This document shows positions 1-10,466 of a DNA stretch of 64,000 nt, piece after piece. The position numbers and the translations under genes were made by a program. The stretch comes from Lingula anatina (Eukaryota; Animalia; Brachiopoda): the NCBI GenBank assembly GCA_051362555.1, contig CM120643.1, positions 13,986,644 to 14,050,643 on the forward strand. The letters run 5' to 3'. The first letter of the stretch is position 1. Every line of letters begins with the position of its first letter. The notes beneath the pieces are model-generated. The model was not told the origin of the DNA and made no database searches. It saw only the letters and a list, made by a program, of their open reading frames with translations.

Positions 1-261
1 CGGTCTGTTAAAAAGTTAATGCAGACGTATCCTTGTTAAAGAAAATTAATTTCTCCATGATTTGGTATTCTATATAACATACGCCCAAATCCGTAGTCTA
101 TCCATTAAATCTTACTAATTATTTTGGAAATTACAACTTCTTTTTTATGTGTACGTGTGTGCAAATGGGGGGGGGGGGGGGTAAACCTGGAAAATATAAA
201 AGTAATGACTATCGACTAACCATTGACCATTAACCATTCTTGTCTTCTTTTTTTATCGTAG

Positions 262-387
262 ACATTGATGAATGTGATACAATCTCACTGAACACGTGCG
301 CGGACAAATCCTACTGCAGCAACACCCAGGGCTCCTATTCCTGCCAATGCTTTAACGGATTTACGGGGAATGGGCATACGTGTGACG
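262..387 (+). CDS. Internal exon (phase 1-1) encoding one calcium-binding EGF domain of an EGF-repeat extracellular protein
   Basis: Pyrimidine tract and TAG acceptor at 259-261, GT donor at 388. The 126 nt give (D)IDECDTISLNTCADKSYCSNTQGSYSCQCFNGFTGNGHTCD, matching the cbEGF consensus. Confidence 0.9.
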
Positions 388-500
388 GTGTGTTGTTGGC
401 AATCTTTGTTTGCCCGGTTAATTGTCCGTATTCTGCTTTTCTTTCGCATTAATTAATTAATTTATATATCTATAGATCTATTCATTTATCCATTCGGTCA

Positions 501-747
501 TTATTACCTCCGCCAAGGTACCTACTGTTTGTTTGTTTGTCTGTCTGTCTGTCTGTCATCAACATAACTCAAAAAGTTATGGACCGATTTTGATGAAATT
601 TTCAGGAACTGTCAGAAGTGGGCCAAGGAACAGATGATTAGTTTATGGTGGTGATTCGGATCAATAATCAATCAATAATCAATAATAATAATAATAATAA
701 ATCGCTGCCTTGGCGGAGGTCTGCGCTCTTGGAGTGCTTCTCTAGTT
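501..747 (+). mobile_element. Non-autonomous Helentron-associated (HINE/DINE-1-like) element in an intron
   Basis: Sub-terminal inverted repeat ACCTCCGCCAAGG (506-518) / CCTTGGCGGAGGT (708-720), internal (GTTT)n(GTCT)n microsatellite, 3' hairpin GCGCTC-ttg-GAGTGC and CTAGTT end. This is the established HINE layout. Confidence 0.75.
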
Positions 748-834
748 CTTTATATATTTTATTCTATATTTATCAATTCAATTTTTCTGCTTGTCCCTTT
801 AAATTCTATTTTACCTTATTTTAATACAGTTCAC

Positions 835-879
835 TTTATTTTATTTTATTTTATTTTATTTTATTTTATTTTATTTTAT
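835..879. repeat. (TTTTA)n microsatellite
   Basis: Directly visible pentanucleotide array. Confidence 0.9.
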
Positions 880-894
880 GTCATTCTGTCACAG

Positions 895-1017
895 ATATCG
901 ACGAATGTGCCCTGAGTAACGGCGGATGTGGTGGGGTGTGCAACAACGTGCCTGGTAGCTACTACTGCAGCTGTAACACCGGGTACATCCTTAGCAATGA
1001 CGGCCAAAATTGTAGAG
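895..1017 (+). CDS. Internal exon, calcium-binding EGF domain
   Basis: CAG acceptor ending 894, GTATG donor at 1018. The 123 nt give (D)IDECALSNGGCGGVCNNVPGSYYCSCNTGYILSNDGQNCR. Confidence 0.92.
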
Positions 1018-1425
1018 GTATGCGCACTTACCTCTCTCATAAATTAAACGGATATTTCGTTCGGTCTCAATGAAGCCCACTGTCATCTCTCATCAGCATT
1101 GTTTCATGGGCGAAATTTCGAATCCTCCCTTATTTTCTTTTGGCAAGTTATGAAACTCAGATGTTTTAAACAACATACATTCTATACAGAAAGTCTCAGC
1201 CAATCCCAACAGTTTCTGTATCTTAGTTGTTGTGAAACCTTAAACTTACCGTCCATCTTTTGCGTAAGAATAGTACAATTTTTGCAGCACAGATTTTAAA
1301 TCTTACAAACATGTCAAAACGTTACTTTTTAATAAGAAAGATTAAAAACACCAAATAAACCGTGCCATGAACAGCCTTTTAAACTGACTGCAGCGTTTTT
1401 CCTCCTTAATTTTATATACTTTTAG

Positions 1426-1548
1426 ACTATAACGAATGCAAAAGAAACAACGGGGGATGTGCACAGAACTGCACCAACACTGAGGGTTCATATCAGTGCC
1501 ACTGCACACAGGGGTATCAGCTCCATGTGAACCAGCGTGACTGCGTGG
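1426..1548 (+). CDS. Internal exon, calcium-binding EGF domain
   Basis: TTTAG acceptor, GTAAGT donor at 1549. The 123 nt give (D)[40 protein letters not shown]. Confidence 0.92.
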
Positions 1549-1567
1549 GTAAGTGCAGTTCTTATAA

Positions 1568-1836
1568 GGACCGTTCCCGTAAACCCATCACACTAGCTGG
1601 ATCGATTTAATTTTGCGGGGATTCTCGCTATTAAAGAGCTTTCATTGTAATCAGCTTAATTTTCTGGCACGCCCTCTTGAGTAACTAAGGGGTAATTTGA
1701 CTATCGTTAATTACCCCCTAGCAACTTGAATAGGCGTGCCAGACACTTACGCCGCTTACACTGAATGCAATTTAGTGAGAATCCCCGCAGAGTAAGATCG
1801 AACCAGCTTGTGCGATGGGTTTATGGGAACGCAGTC
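1568..1836. mobile_element. Fold-back MITE (Harbinger/Tourist-like family that recurs in the window)
   Basis: Long imperfect palindrome: CGTTCCCGTAAACCCATC...TCTGGCACGCC...GGGGTAATT / AATTACCCC...GGCGTGCCAGA...GATGGGTTTATGGGAACG. Related to 18644-18870, 40048-40262 and 60477-60716. Confidence 0.75.
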
Positions 1837-1874
1837 ATACTGTATTTATTGAAAGAAAGTTTCATTTTGTACAG

Positions 1875-1939
1875 ATCCATGGGGCGTAAACACATTGTCT
1901 CTCAATGGCTTAAAACGTTATCTTGACAAACATTGGTAA
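1875..1939 (+). CDS. Candidate terminal coding exon of the EGF-repeat gene
   Basis: Acceptor ttcattttgtacag. The phase-1 continuation reads (D)PWGVNTLSLNGLKRYLDKHW*, with AATAAA signals near 2189 and 2283. No domain support. Confidence 0.35.
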
Positions 1940-2245
1940 AAAAACCCCAAAAAACCCACGTATGAAAAACTTTTCTTGATGAATGTTCCTTGCGATTTCT
2001 AGGCTGACTTGATCACGTCTTGTATTCTATGAATCGATAAAATGTAAAACTTTCTTTCAGCATTACTATATGAGATCCTTTGATATTGTTTGAACTAATG
2101 TATCTATTGTATTTTGCGCTCATGTGTGTGACCTGTTGATTATTGTTGCATGTGCCTCTCCCCTTCCCCCAATCATCTTGTTTTTTTAAATAAATTGCAT
2201 GCTAACATCACCAGCATGCCAAGTGAAGCAGAGTTTAGAAATTAA

Positions 2246-2559
2246 AGGGATAACAACTCTTCGTGTGAGATTCATATTTTACAATAAATACACTGTAAAC
2301 AACTCATAAAAATATAATAAATTCCATTTTACCACAAAATTGGCGGTCATTATTCTGGAATCTTTGCTTGCCATCGGACCACGTGGGTCTTCATAGATGA
2401 CAACCCTCCGTTATAATATCTAAGAGATTATTACAAATACCAAACTTAAAAATACATGGGCTAACTTTGGATGTCGGAAAGAATTCATTAATTCATAAGT
2501 ATCGCAATATTGTCGTTTACCCCAGAAAAATCCAGCCAAAGTGCACAGATGTTATCCCT
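2246..2559. mobile_element. Kolobok-like non-autonomous DNA transposon (TTAA TSD)
   Basis: TTAA|AGGGATAAC ... GTTATCCCT|TTAA. Homologous copies at 36308-36643 and, partially, 56114-56270. Confidence 0.75.
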
Positions 2560-2714
2560 TTAATTTATGTTTGTTTGCCCTGTTCCTGACCGCCCCCCCC
2601 CCCCCCCGTCCCCTCTTAAGAAAATCTGATCGGCTCTACCAAGCAGTAAGAATAGCGGCCACGGCAATCAGCTGATAAACGTGTACATATCAATAAACCA
2701 GAATCATTATTCAG

Positions 2715-4189
2715 GTAAGTGAGGGTCGACTTCAACCTTTGATATTTGTTGTTGTTATATTATTATATATTATATTATGCTATTATAACTGTATTATGTT
2801 TTGTTTGTTTGTTTGCTTGATTTTCTGCCTATACGTTGAGAAGAAATTATATTAGCGAACATTGTATTTCATGTTTATTTTGGGAGAATTTACGTTCTGA
2901 CACACACTGAGTTTAAGCGTAGTAGTTCTAGTACTCGTACGCCCCTGGCGAACTGTTCGCACTACTAATAAAAGGGGAGGGGGGAGTCGCCGCAAATACG
3001 CTGAAACTCATGAGCGTGTATGGACTGGAACCTGTCACTACTCGATGCTGCATCCACACTACTTTGCAATTGATGGACCTGGCCGCAATGTATCATCTAT
3101 ATCTATACATGCAACATTCGTTTTGTGATGATGCGGTCATTTCATTTTTAGAGGACGTCCGAGACGAAGAAGTAGGCTAGCTATATACGATATATATTGT
3201 CAGATTATCAACCGCATTGAATATGGGTATCTCGGACGTTACTGTATCTTGGCTTACCTGTTACAAAGCTTCTACATTTCTTTAAAGACATAAGTGAGAT
3301 TTCTTGGCTCCAGCGTTTCTTAGTTTCTGATTTAAGAAAAATTAAAGAGATAGAAATAGAATAAAATAAAAATAAGATAAAAAAGGTTGCGATAAAAGTA
3401 ACAACATAGCTCAGAAAAATATCTTAGGTCTTTCATAGGAAAAATTCAATCGGTTGATTGAGTGGTCATTACACGTGCTCGAGTGTCGCTTTATTATTCT
3501 TTCTTTCTTTTTTTTTTTCTTAAGAATTTTCAGAATATAAGTTTGATATACCTATGTGTTTCAGTGGAACGCTTTTAAATTGTTATCTATAAAAATACAC
3601 ACGATCATTTTTTTTTAATTTTGAGACTAAATATGTGCTTATTTGTTTTTCCACTATCTGGCACCTTGCATTGGGGGAAAACAGGCTAGGGCCGCTTTAT
3701 TGATGTAATATTAATTTGTGATTTAAGATATATAAAAGAGGGACTGAGACTGAAACAAATTTGCAATGTTGAGTAACAGCACTTTTTGCTTTGAATGTTT
3801 TAAGACGTTGTAGCCACAAAGCCACGATATGGATATTTCATTTAAAAAAGAATACACGTACGAGACTGTACCAATGCAAATCACTCATTTCCAAGACAAT
3901 CTTCCATTACATATCTTCAACACATAAGTCATTGACGATTATTTACTGACTGACAAGGTACTAATTTTCCATATGGATCCATTCTATAAAACTTGCTGGG
4001 CCTCAAATAAAAACATGGTCATGAAAAGCTAATATCAGTACGCTCCATTGCAAAATATTCCCTTCAACATCGGCACGTAGTTATTTCCCACTTTCGCAGC
4101 ATTATCATAATTACCATATTATGGTAAATATCGTCGATTCTGATCTCTTTGTTCGCCTTGATGCGAGTTTTTTGCTGCTGGATCTACAG
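2715..4189 (+). other. Possible 5'-UTR intron of ZNF1
   Basis: Consensus donor CAG|GTAAGT at 2715 and acceptor ...tttttgctgctggatctacag at 4189, upstream of ATG 4353. The pairing is inferred. Confidence 0.3.
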
Positions 4190-4352
4190 GCAAAATCAAA
4201 GCCAAGGCTAGCTTAAGCTTCAGTGCTTTGCAATTCCAAAAAGCACACTGTAGTAGCATCGTAGAGGGAAGAGATGTAGCCGCTCCCATTCCAGCCAACG
4301 TGAGCAGCGAGCCATATCAATAGCGGCATCCCTGTCTCTGAAAAATACCAAT

Positions 4353-7300
4353 ATGAATGCGGGTAAGACTGAAATTGACGGGGGAACAGACCCTCTGATG
4401 CACGCATCTCGTGATAAGTTTCCAGAAAGTAATGATAAAACTGCTGAGAAAATACAAACTGCAATTTCTACGCCTGGCTTTGAGAATGTTGATTCTCCTA
4501 GTATTATAAATGCTAGTGAACCTGAAAGACTCACAGAAAGTGAAGGGGGGTTTCAAACAAAGATCCCTGTGTCTGAAGAACGTGTCAGTGATGTATGCGC
4601 TGAAGATGGAGATATCACAGTACCACCAATCTCACTGGTTAGTGACAGTACTGCAAACTGTACTGATGAGAAAAAAATGGAAAGTGACAATGAAGCTGAT
4701 ATTGCTCTAGCAATGTCTTTGGATAGTGAAAAAATAAATGCGGAAGACAATGATACTAATGGAGTAATTTCCCCAGCTTCTTTGCCAGAAGTTGATTCTC
4801 CTGGTAAAAGCAACACAGTCAGTTTGTCCAAACCAGCCATGAATCAAGACATGGATAAAGATGACGGTATGGCAGTTCCAATTTCTGTTCAGTACAATGA
4901 AGAATGTATGAATGAAGAACAGATGGGAACTGATGATGAGGTACCATCTTCACACGAACCTAAGAACCAACCCCAAACAGAATTGTCTGACTGTAGAGCA
5001 AATGTTAATGATAATGTACAAAAGACTGAAAGCAGTGAGCCTAATGAAGGCGGTGACAATGGACCAGCCTATCCTGCAGTATTTGATGGGAATATAGGGG
5101 ATAAACCCAACCTGAAGAAAATGATTGCCAAGTGTATAATTTGTGGCTCATTGCCGCGAAGATCTAGGTCTAAGTTCACAAAACTTATCACTTGCCCAGA
5201 AATTCAAAGTGAAATCCAAGAACTTCTGAAATTGTTGGCACCTCCAGCAAGGTCAGATGTTTGCTGTGGTAGGTGTGTCGGTATGATGAAGAGATTTTTG
5301 AGTGCAAAAAAAGTTTTTCTAAACTTAAAGTGTAACATCATTGCACTTCATGTTGATGCACAGACAAAGCCAAAAGTGGCCAGTGAGTCCATAGATGAGG
5401 ATGACCATGAAGAGTCAGATGGGCAAGATATTAATGATTCAGAGGAAGATGTTCAGGAAGCAAGCATTAATAATCGAACTTATAAAAGAAAACTAAGGAG
5501 TAGCAATGTGGTACAACGGGCAAGAACGCGCTCTCGGACTAATGCTGCTCGCAAAGAGTCCCAGCCAAAATTACAAAATATTAGCAACCTCAATGAATTA
5601 GATACTGAAGACCATGAAACAAGTGATACAGACAATAGAAATTGTGATATCAGTCATAACAAACAAGATGGTGAGATATTGGTCAAGCATGAAAACATTG
5701 ATATAGGATATGAGGTTGATGGTAATAGTAGTGACAAGGAGGTCACTCAAAAAGTAAGAGTTCCTCGCAGTAAAAGAAAAACCTTCAAATGTCAACACTG
5801 CAGTAAAATTATTAGTGGAAAAGATGAGTTGGTGGCCCATGAAAGGACACATACTGGGGAGAAACCATTTAAGTGTCGGTACTGTGACACAAGGTTTTAT
5901 AGAAAAAACTCCTGTGTACATCATGAAAAGAAGCACCAAGACAAGCCATTCAGGTGTAAACTTTGTGTCAGGATTTTTTCATCTGAAGGGAAATTAAAAG
6001 AACATGAGACTATTCACTCTTCGGTAAGACCATACCAGTGCCAACACTGTGACAAAACATTTACCAAAAATGAGGAATGTGTAATGCATGAAAGGGTGCA
6101 CACTGGTGAAAAACCTTACCAATGTCAGTTCTGCGATAAAACTTTTCACAGAAAAAGATCATGTGTGTTACATGAAAAGAAAAAGCACAAAGGCAGAGCA
6201 TCATTAAAGAAAAATGATAATGAATCCTCTAACACAGAATTACAGTCATATAAATGTCAATACTGTGATAAAATTTATCGCAGAAAAGATGAATTGACCG
6301 TTCATGAAATGAATCACACTGGTGAGAGACCATTTAAATGCCAGAACTGTGACAAAACATTTAACAGGAAGAGCACGTTTGTTAAACATGAAAAGAAGCA
6401 TGCAAATAAACCATTCAGGTGTTCTCATTGTGAGAAAAGCTTTTCTAAGAAAGTGAACTGTGCTGAGCATGAAATGACCCACACTTTACCTAGGCCATTT
6501 CATTGTCAGTATTGTACGAGGACATTTGACAGGAAAGATGAGTGGACGGCACATGAAAGAACTCACACAGGAGAAAGACCCTTCAAATGTAAAATATGTG
6601 AGAAAACATTTTTGAGGAAGAATTCCTGTGTTAAACATGAAAAGAAACACATGCCTGGTAATTCAACATCTGCGACACCTAAAAAAAGTATTACAGAGGA
6701 AGATGACAGCTCTGACTCTGAAGAAAAGAAATTCCAGTGCCAGCATTGTGATAAAACATTTTATGAGAAGAGGAACTGTGAAAAGCATGAAAAAACTCAC
6801 ATTGAGAAAAAGGCATTTATATGTAAGCATTGTGGTGAAGGTTGCGAGGGCAAACAGGCACTAGTGAGGCATGAAAAGACGCATTTTGGGGGAAAACCAT
6901 ACAAATGCTGGGGATGTGATATGTCCTTTGCCATTCCATCAAGATTAAAAGAGCATGAAAGAATACACACAGGAGAGAAACCATATTTGTGTCAGTACTG
7001 CACCAAAAAATTTACTCAAAGCTCCACTTTGAGATTGCATGAAAGAACCCAACACACAGGGGAAAGACCATTCAAATGTCAGTACTGTGATCAGCGATTT
7101 CCAACCAGATTGTACCGTGAAGAACATGAAAGATTTCACACTGGTGAAAAGCCTTTTAAATGTGATTTTTGTGACAAGAGATTTGTAAGAAAGGCAAATT
7201 GGAGAGATCATGTGCGGACTCACACAGGGATTAAGCCACATGTGTGCTCGTATTGTGGGAAAGGATTTCGCGACCGTGGAACTTGTGTTATACATGAAAG

Positions 7301-7772
7301 AACTCACACTGGGGAGAGACCATATGGATGCAAGTACTGCGACAAAACATTCATCAGGAAATCGAGGTGCACAGAACATGAAAAAACTCACACTGGAGAG
7401 AAACCAGTCAAAACTCAACAATCTGTTAACAAGAATAAAAGCCAGTCTAAGGTTAACAAAAGTCAACATATTGATGACACGTTCAGAAATCAGCACCCTG
7501 ACATCCCATACAAAAGTCACCACTCTGAAAACTCATTCAGAAGCCATCATTCTGAAAATACATATCGAAGCCAGCACTCTGAGAGTTCGTTCATGGGTCA
7601 GTTGTCTGAAAATTCATACAGAAACCAGCATTCTGATGGTGCTTATTTAAGTCAGCAGGGTGATAACACATTTAGGGGTCCTCATTCAAGTAATGTATTC
7701 CCAGCCCCTGAGGTAGTGTATCCTCCAGGGGAGAACCCATACATGTACAGTATGTTTATGCCAGGATTGTAA
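4353..7772 (+). CDS. ZNF1: ZAD-like domain + 18 C2H2 fingers + 9-aa-repeat tail (1139 aa), the most divergent paralog
   Basis: Single ORF with CIIC-x40-CGRC (5133-5363), VKHE motif, 18 C2H2 fingers with many TGEKP/TGERP linkers, and a tail ending MYSMFMPGL*. Confidence 0.93.
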   Translation: MNAGKTEIDGGTDPLMHASRDKFPESNDKTAEKIQTAISTPGFENVDSPSIINASEPERLTESEGGFQTKIPVSEERVSDVCAEDGDITVPPISLVSDSTANCTDEKKMESDNEADIALAMSLDSEKINAEDNDTNGVISPASLPEVDSPGKSNTVSLSKPAMNQDMDKDDGMAVPISVQYNEECMNEEQMGTDDEVPSSHEPKNQPQTELSDCRANVNDNVQKTESSEPNEGGDNGPAYPAVFDGNIGDKPNLKKMIAKCIICGSLPRRSRSKFTKLITCPEIQSEIQELLKLLAPPARSDVCCGRCVGMMKRFLSAKKVFLNLKCNIIALHVDAQTKPKVASESIDEDDHEESDGQDINDSEEDVQEASINNRTYKRKLRSSNVVQRARTRSRTNAARKESQPKLQNISNLNELDTEDHETSDTDNRNCDISHNKQDGEILVKHENIDIGYEVDGNSSDKEVTQKVRVPRSKRKTFKCQHCSKIISGKDELVAHERTHTGEKPFKCRYCDTRFYRKNSCVHHEKKHQDKPFRCKLCVRIFSSEGKLKEHETIHSSVRPYQCQHCDKTFTKNEECVMHERVHTGEKPYQCQFCDKTFHRKRSCVLHEKKKHKGRASLKKNDNESSNTELQSYKCQYCDKIYRRKDELTVHEMNHTGERPFKCQNCDKTFNRKSTFVKHEKKHANKPFRCSHCEKSFSKKVNCAEHEMTHTLPRPFHCQYCTRTFDRKDEWTAHERTHTGERPFKCKICEKTFLRKNSCVKHEKKHMPGNSTSATPKKSITEEDDSSDSEEKKFQCQHCDKTFYEKRNCEKHEKTHIEKKAFICKHCGEGCEGKQALVRHEKTHFGGKPYKCWGCDMSFAIPSRLKEHERIHTGEKPYLCQYCTKKFTQSSTLRLHERTQHTGERPFKCQYCDQRFPTRLYREEHERFHTGEKPFKCDFCDKRFVRKANWRDHVRTHTGIKPHVCSYCGKGFRDRGTCVIHERTHTGERPYGCKYCDKTFIRKSRCTEHEKTHTGEKPVKTQQSVNKNKSQSKVNKSQHIDDTFRNQHPDIPYKSHHSENSFRSHHSENTYRSQHSESSFMGQLSENSYRNQHSDGAYLSQQGDNTFRGPHSSNVFPAPEVVYPPGENPYMYSMFMPGL

Positions 7773-8335
7773 AAATGAATTCAAATGCATTAAAAGGTTA
7801 TGGTAATGCCTCAGTTACGTATATACAGAATTTAGCAGACATTGCTAAAATTTAATATTTTTTACAAGGAAAATGATATACAACATACCTTTAATTGCAT
7901 GTAAAAATAGTGTGAGTTACTTTAGGAAATCATTATTTTGATAAATGTTACTTTTAATATGCATACGATGGTAACATAGTAAGGCATGTAGTATTCATAT
8001 GCTTATATGAAATGGAATACCAGTGTTGAAAATTTGTAGTGCAATATTCATAGAGCAATACCCATCAAGAGAAAATTTAGTCACTGAGAGACAAAATGAT
8101 TCCATTTATTCATTACTTTCAATTATGTATATTTTAGTCCATTTAAAATATAGGGAACTTTTAATAAAATGTTAAATATGAATATATGAAGTAGTCCTGT
8201 GTCATTTGATAGAAGTCTACTGTGAAGAATCTCTCTCTCTCTCTCTCTCCCTCTCAATTTAAGTTGCAAACTACAACAGGAAAACATGCAGTATAGTTTA
8301 CCAAATATGAATAAGCTGGGGGGGGGGGGGGAGAG

Positions 8336-8450
8336 ATAATTACCTTCTAACAGCTTTACTAGGTGTGACAGACATTTAAGCCAGTAAAGGTGATATCAAT
8401 TTAGTGAGGCTCCCCAGGGAGATAGATCAATCCAAATATCTGTCCAGGAT
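8336..8450. mobile_element. Partial (right-arm) copy of the fold-back MITE family
   Basis: TAATTACC...TTAGTGAGGCTCCCCAGGGAGATAGATCAATC matches the right half of 18644-18870. Confidence 0.5.
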
Positions 8451-8544
8451 TAGCGTTTACAAAATAAGAAACATATGACATGAAATTGAAGATTATACAA
8501 CTGAATTTTCTTGTGCATAATTTGTATAACATAGGGAAAGCATT

Positions 8545-8635
8545 CTCTCTCTCTCTCTCTCTCTCTCTCTTTTGCTGTCCAAAAGGCTTGCAGTTACGCA
8601 AGCACGCACACACACACACACATACACACACACAC
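8545..8635. repeat. (CT)n and (CA)n microsatellites
   Basis: Directly visible. Confidence 0.85.
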
Positions 8636-10466
8636 AGGCACATGCCCAGCTCAAAAATAGTATTTTCACACATAATAGCGCTTAAAATCATTCAAGACTG
8701 ACGAAAAAGGTGGTAATACCAAAATCTATACCGGGTATAAATAAATAATATACTGAAACTGTCAGGGTAGCGGTTATGGGTTTGATTTTGGTGTAGTTTT
8801 AGGCAGACCCTTCCAACGAAAGATGCTAATTTTTTTTTTTTTTTTTTTTTTTTTTTTGTAGATCAGTTTTCACGTCTCACTCTCAAAGACTGCCTTTGTA
8901 GGCGACCAATAGTTAGAAAAGACGACATCATTTCCCCAGTTTCCAACCCTCTTCCCTATCACTAAATCCAGTGGGAGCGAAACGATTAGGCTCATCTCAT
9001 GTGAAGAGGGTTTTGCGGTCGTGGAGGAAAACGGCCGAAAAAACATCCCAATCATCACCTGGAATATTTACTAGTCTGCTCCACAATCCATCAGAAATAT
9101 ATATTGGTGTAGGATTAAGAGGGTGTAAACTTGGACATAATAACGATTCGTTCTTATGTCCAAGGTGTAAATTTACAATAAGAAGCTGGGTGTAGTTGTC
9201 ACAGCAATCACTGTTTATCATGTTAAAGTTAGTATGTACATGTATTAACATTTGAAAATGTTATTTGTTTATTTGTTACTTTTATATACATTTTTTTCTA
9301 CATGAAAAATGAAGATTTTAAGTTGATGATTCCAGCCTGCCCAAAGTACCGGTGTATTACAGTGGGACGTATCAGTGGATGACTTGATTTTATACAGGAT
9401 AAACATGAATAAAGCACGGCGTGGCCTATTGTCTTTTGTTAACATGCTTTAAATAGGCATTAAACTTTTTTGATAGCGGATATATTTTGAAATGAGTGTC
9501 TTATAATACCAAGGCTGGGTGTTCTTTGCACATAAGGCACATTCCATGTCAACAAATGAAAAATGAAATGGGTTATACATTTTCTGCCCCAAAACTAAAC
9601 GTACGCTGCAGTACATTACGTCGTCAGCTTGAGTTGGGAAATTTTAGCCCATGTTCTTTTGAGGAGACAGCTAGCATGCATTATCGAATAACGTAACAGT
9701 GTATATTTCCGCATTATCATAGTATTATCATCATAGTATATATATAAAAAAACATATCGAACTTCAACTATTTTACTCTCTAAGCGAACTTGCGGTGTAG
9801 GCCTATGTTAGTTTTTTTTTTTTTTTTTTTAGAATATTAGGCGCCCGCTTTCTATGTTTCTAATTAAATGTTTAATGAGAGCATTTAAATAGTTATTACT
9901 ACTATATTATGTAATGAGAAGTCATCTTAAACAATTAAGAAAATAAAAGTATTTTAATGCTATCGCAAACCCCTTTCGGGGGTTTGTACCTCGCTAAAAA
10001 ATTATAATGCTAGTTACGAAATCGGCCGGAATTTGCCGAATGCCGAATGAATTAGCTCAATTCGTCAAGAAAAGCTTCAACCAAGTCTTAAGGGATTATC
10101 GACAAGTGTTTCGTTACACAGTGATTTGCCGGATTTAAGTCGGGTTGAATAATATCAAACATCTATAGAGGAAGGAAACTATTATTTCTCTTAATTTGAA
10201 TTTGTTTTTACACAGAACCATATTAAATAATTCATTAGGTCAATGTTTTTAACTATGAGACTATCGCATCATAGGGATTTTCCTTTCGAAGGACCTTTGT
10301 GTTAATGGAGAAAACCTAAAATAGAGCTTTAATAGCTATAATAGAACTTCCTAAGGAGATCAAAGCTATTCAGTTTGAAGGCAGAATGGTGTTGCTGCAG
10401 CTAGGTCAGTCAAATATATTTTCTGCGCTGTGAACTTATCTCTGGACGAGTTATTAAGGTCGAAAT

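Noticed and set aside
240-452. 70-aa ORF as a standalone gene
   Set aside because: It is one EGF exon read through its flanking intron sequence.
4353-5130. KRAB, SCAN, BTB or SET domain in the ZNF N-termini
   Set aside because: No such motifs seen; the regions are acidic and low-complexity apart from the 4-Cys domain.
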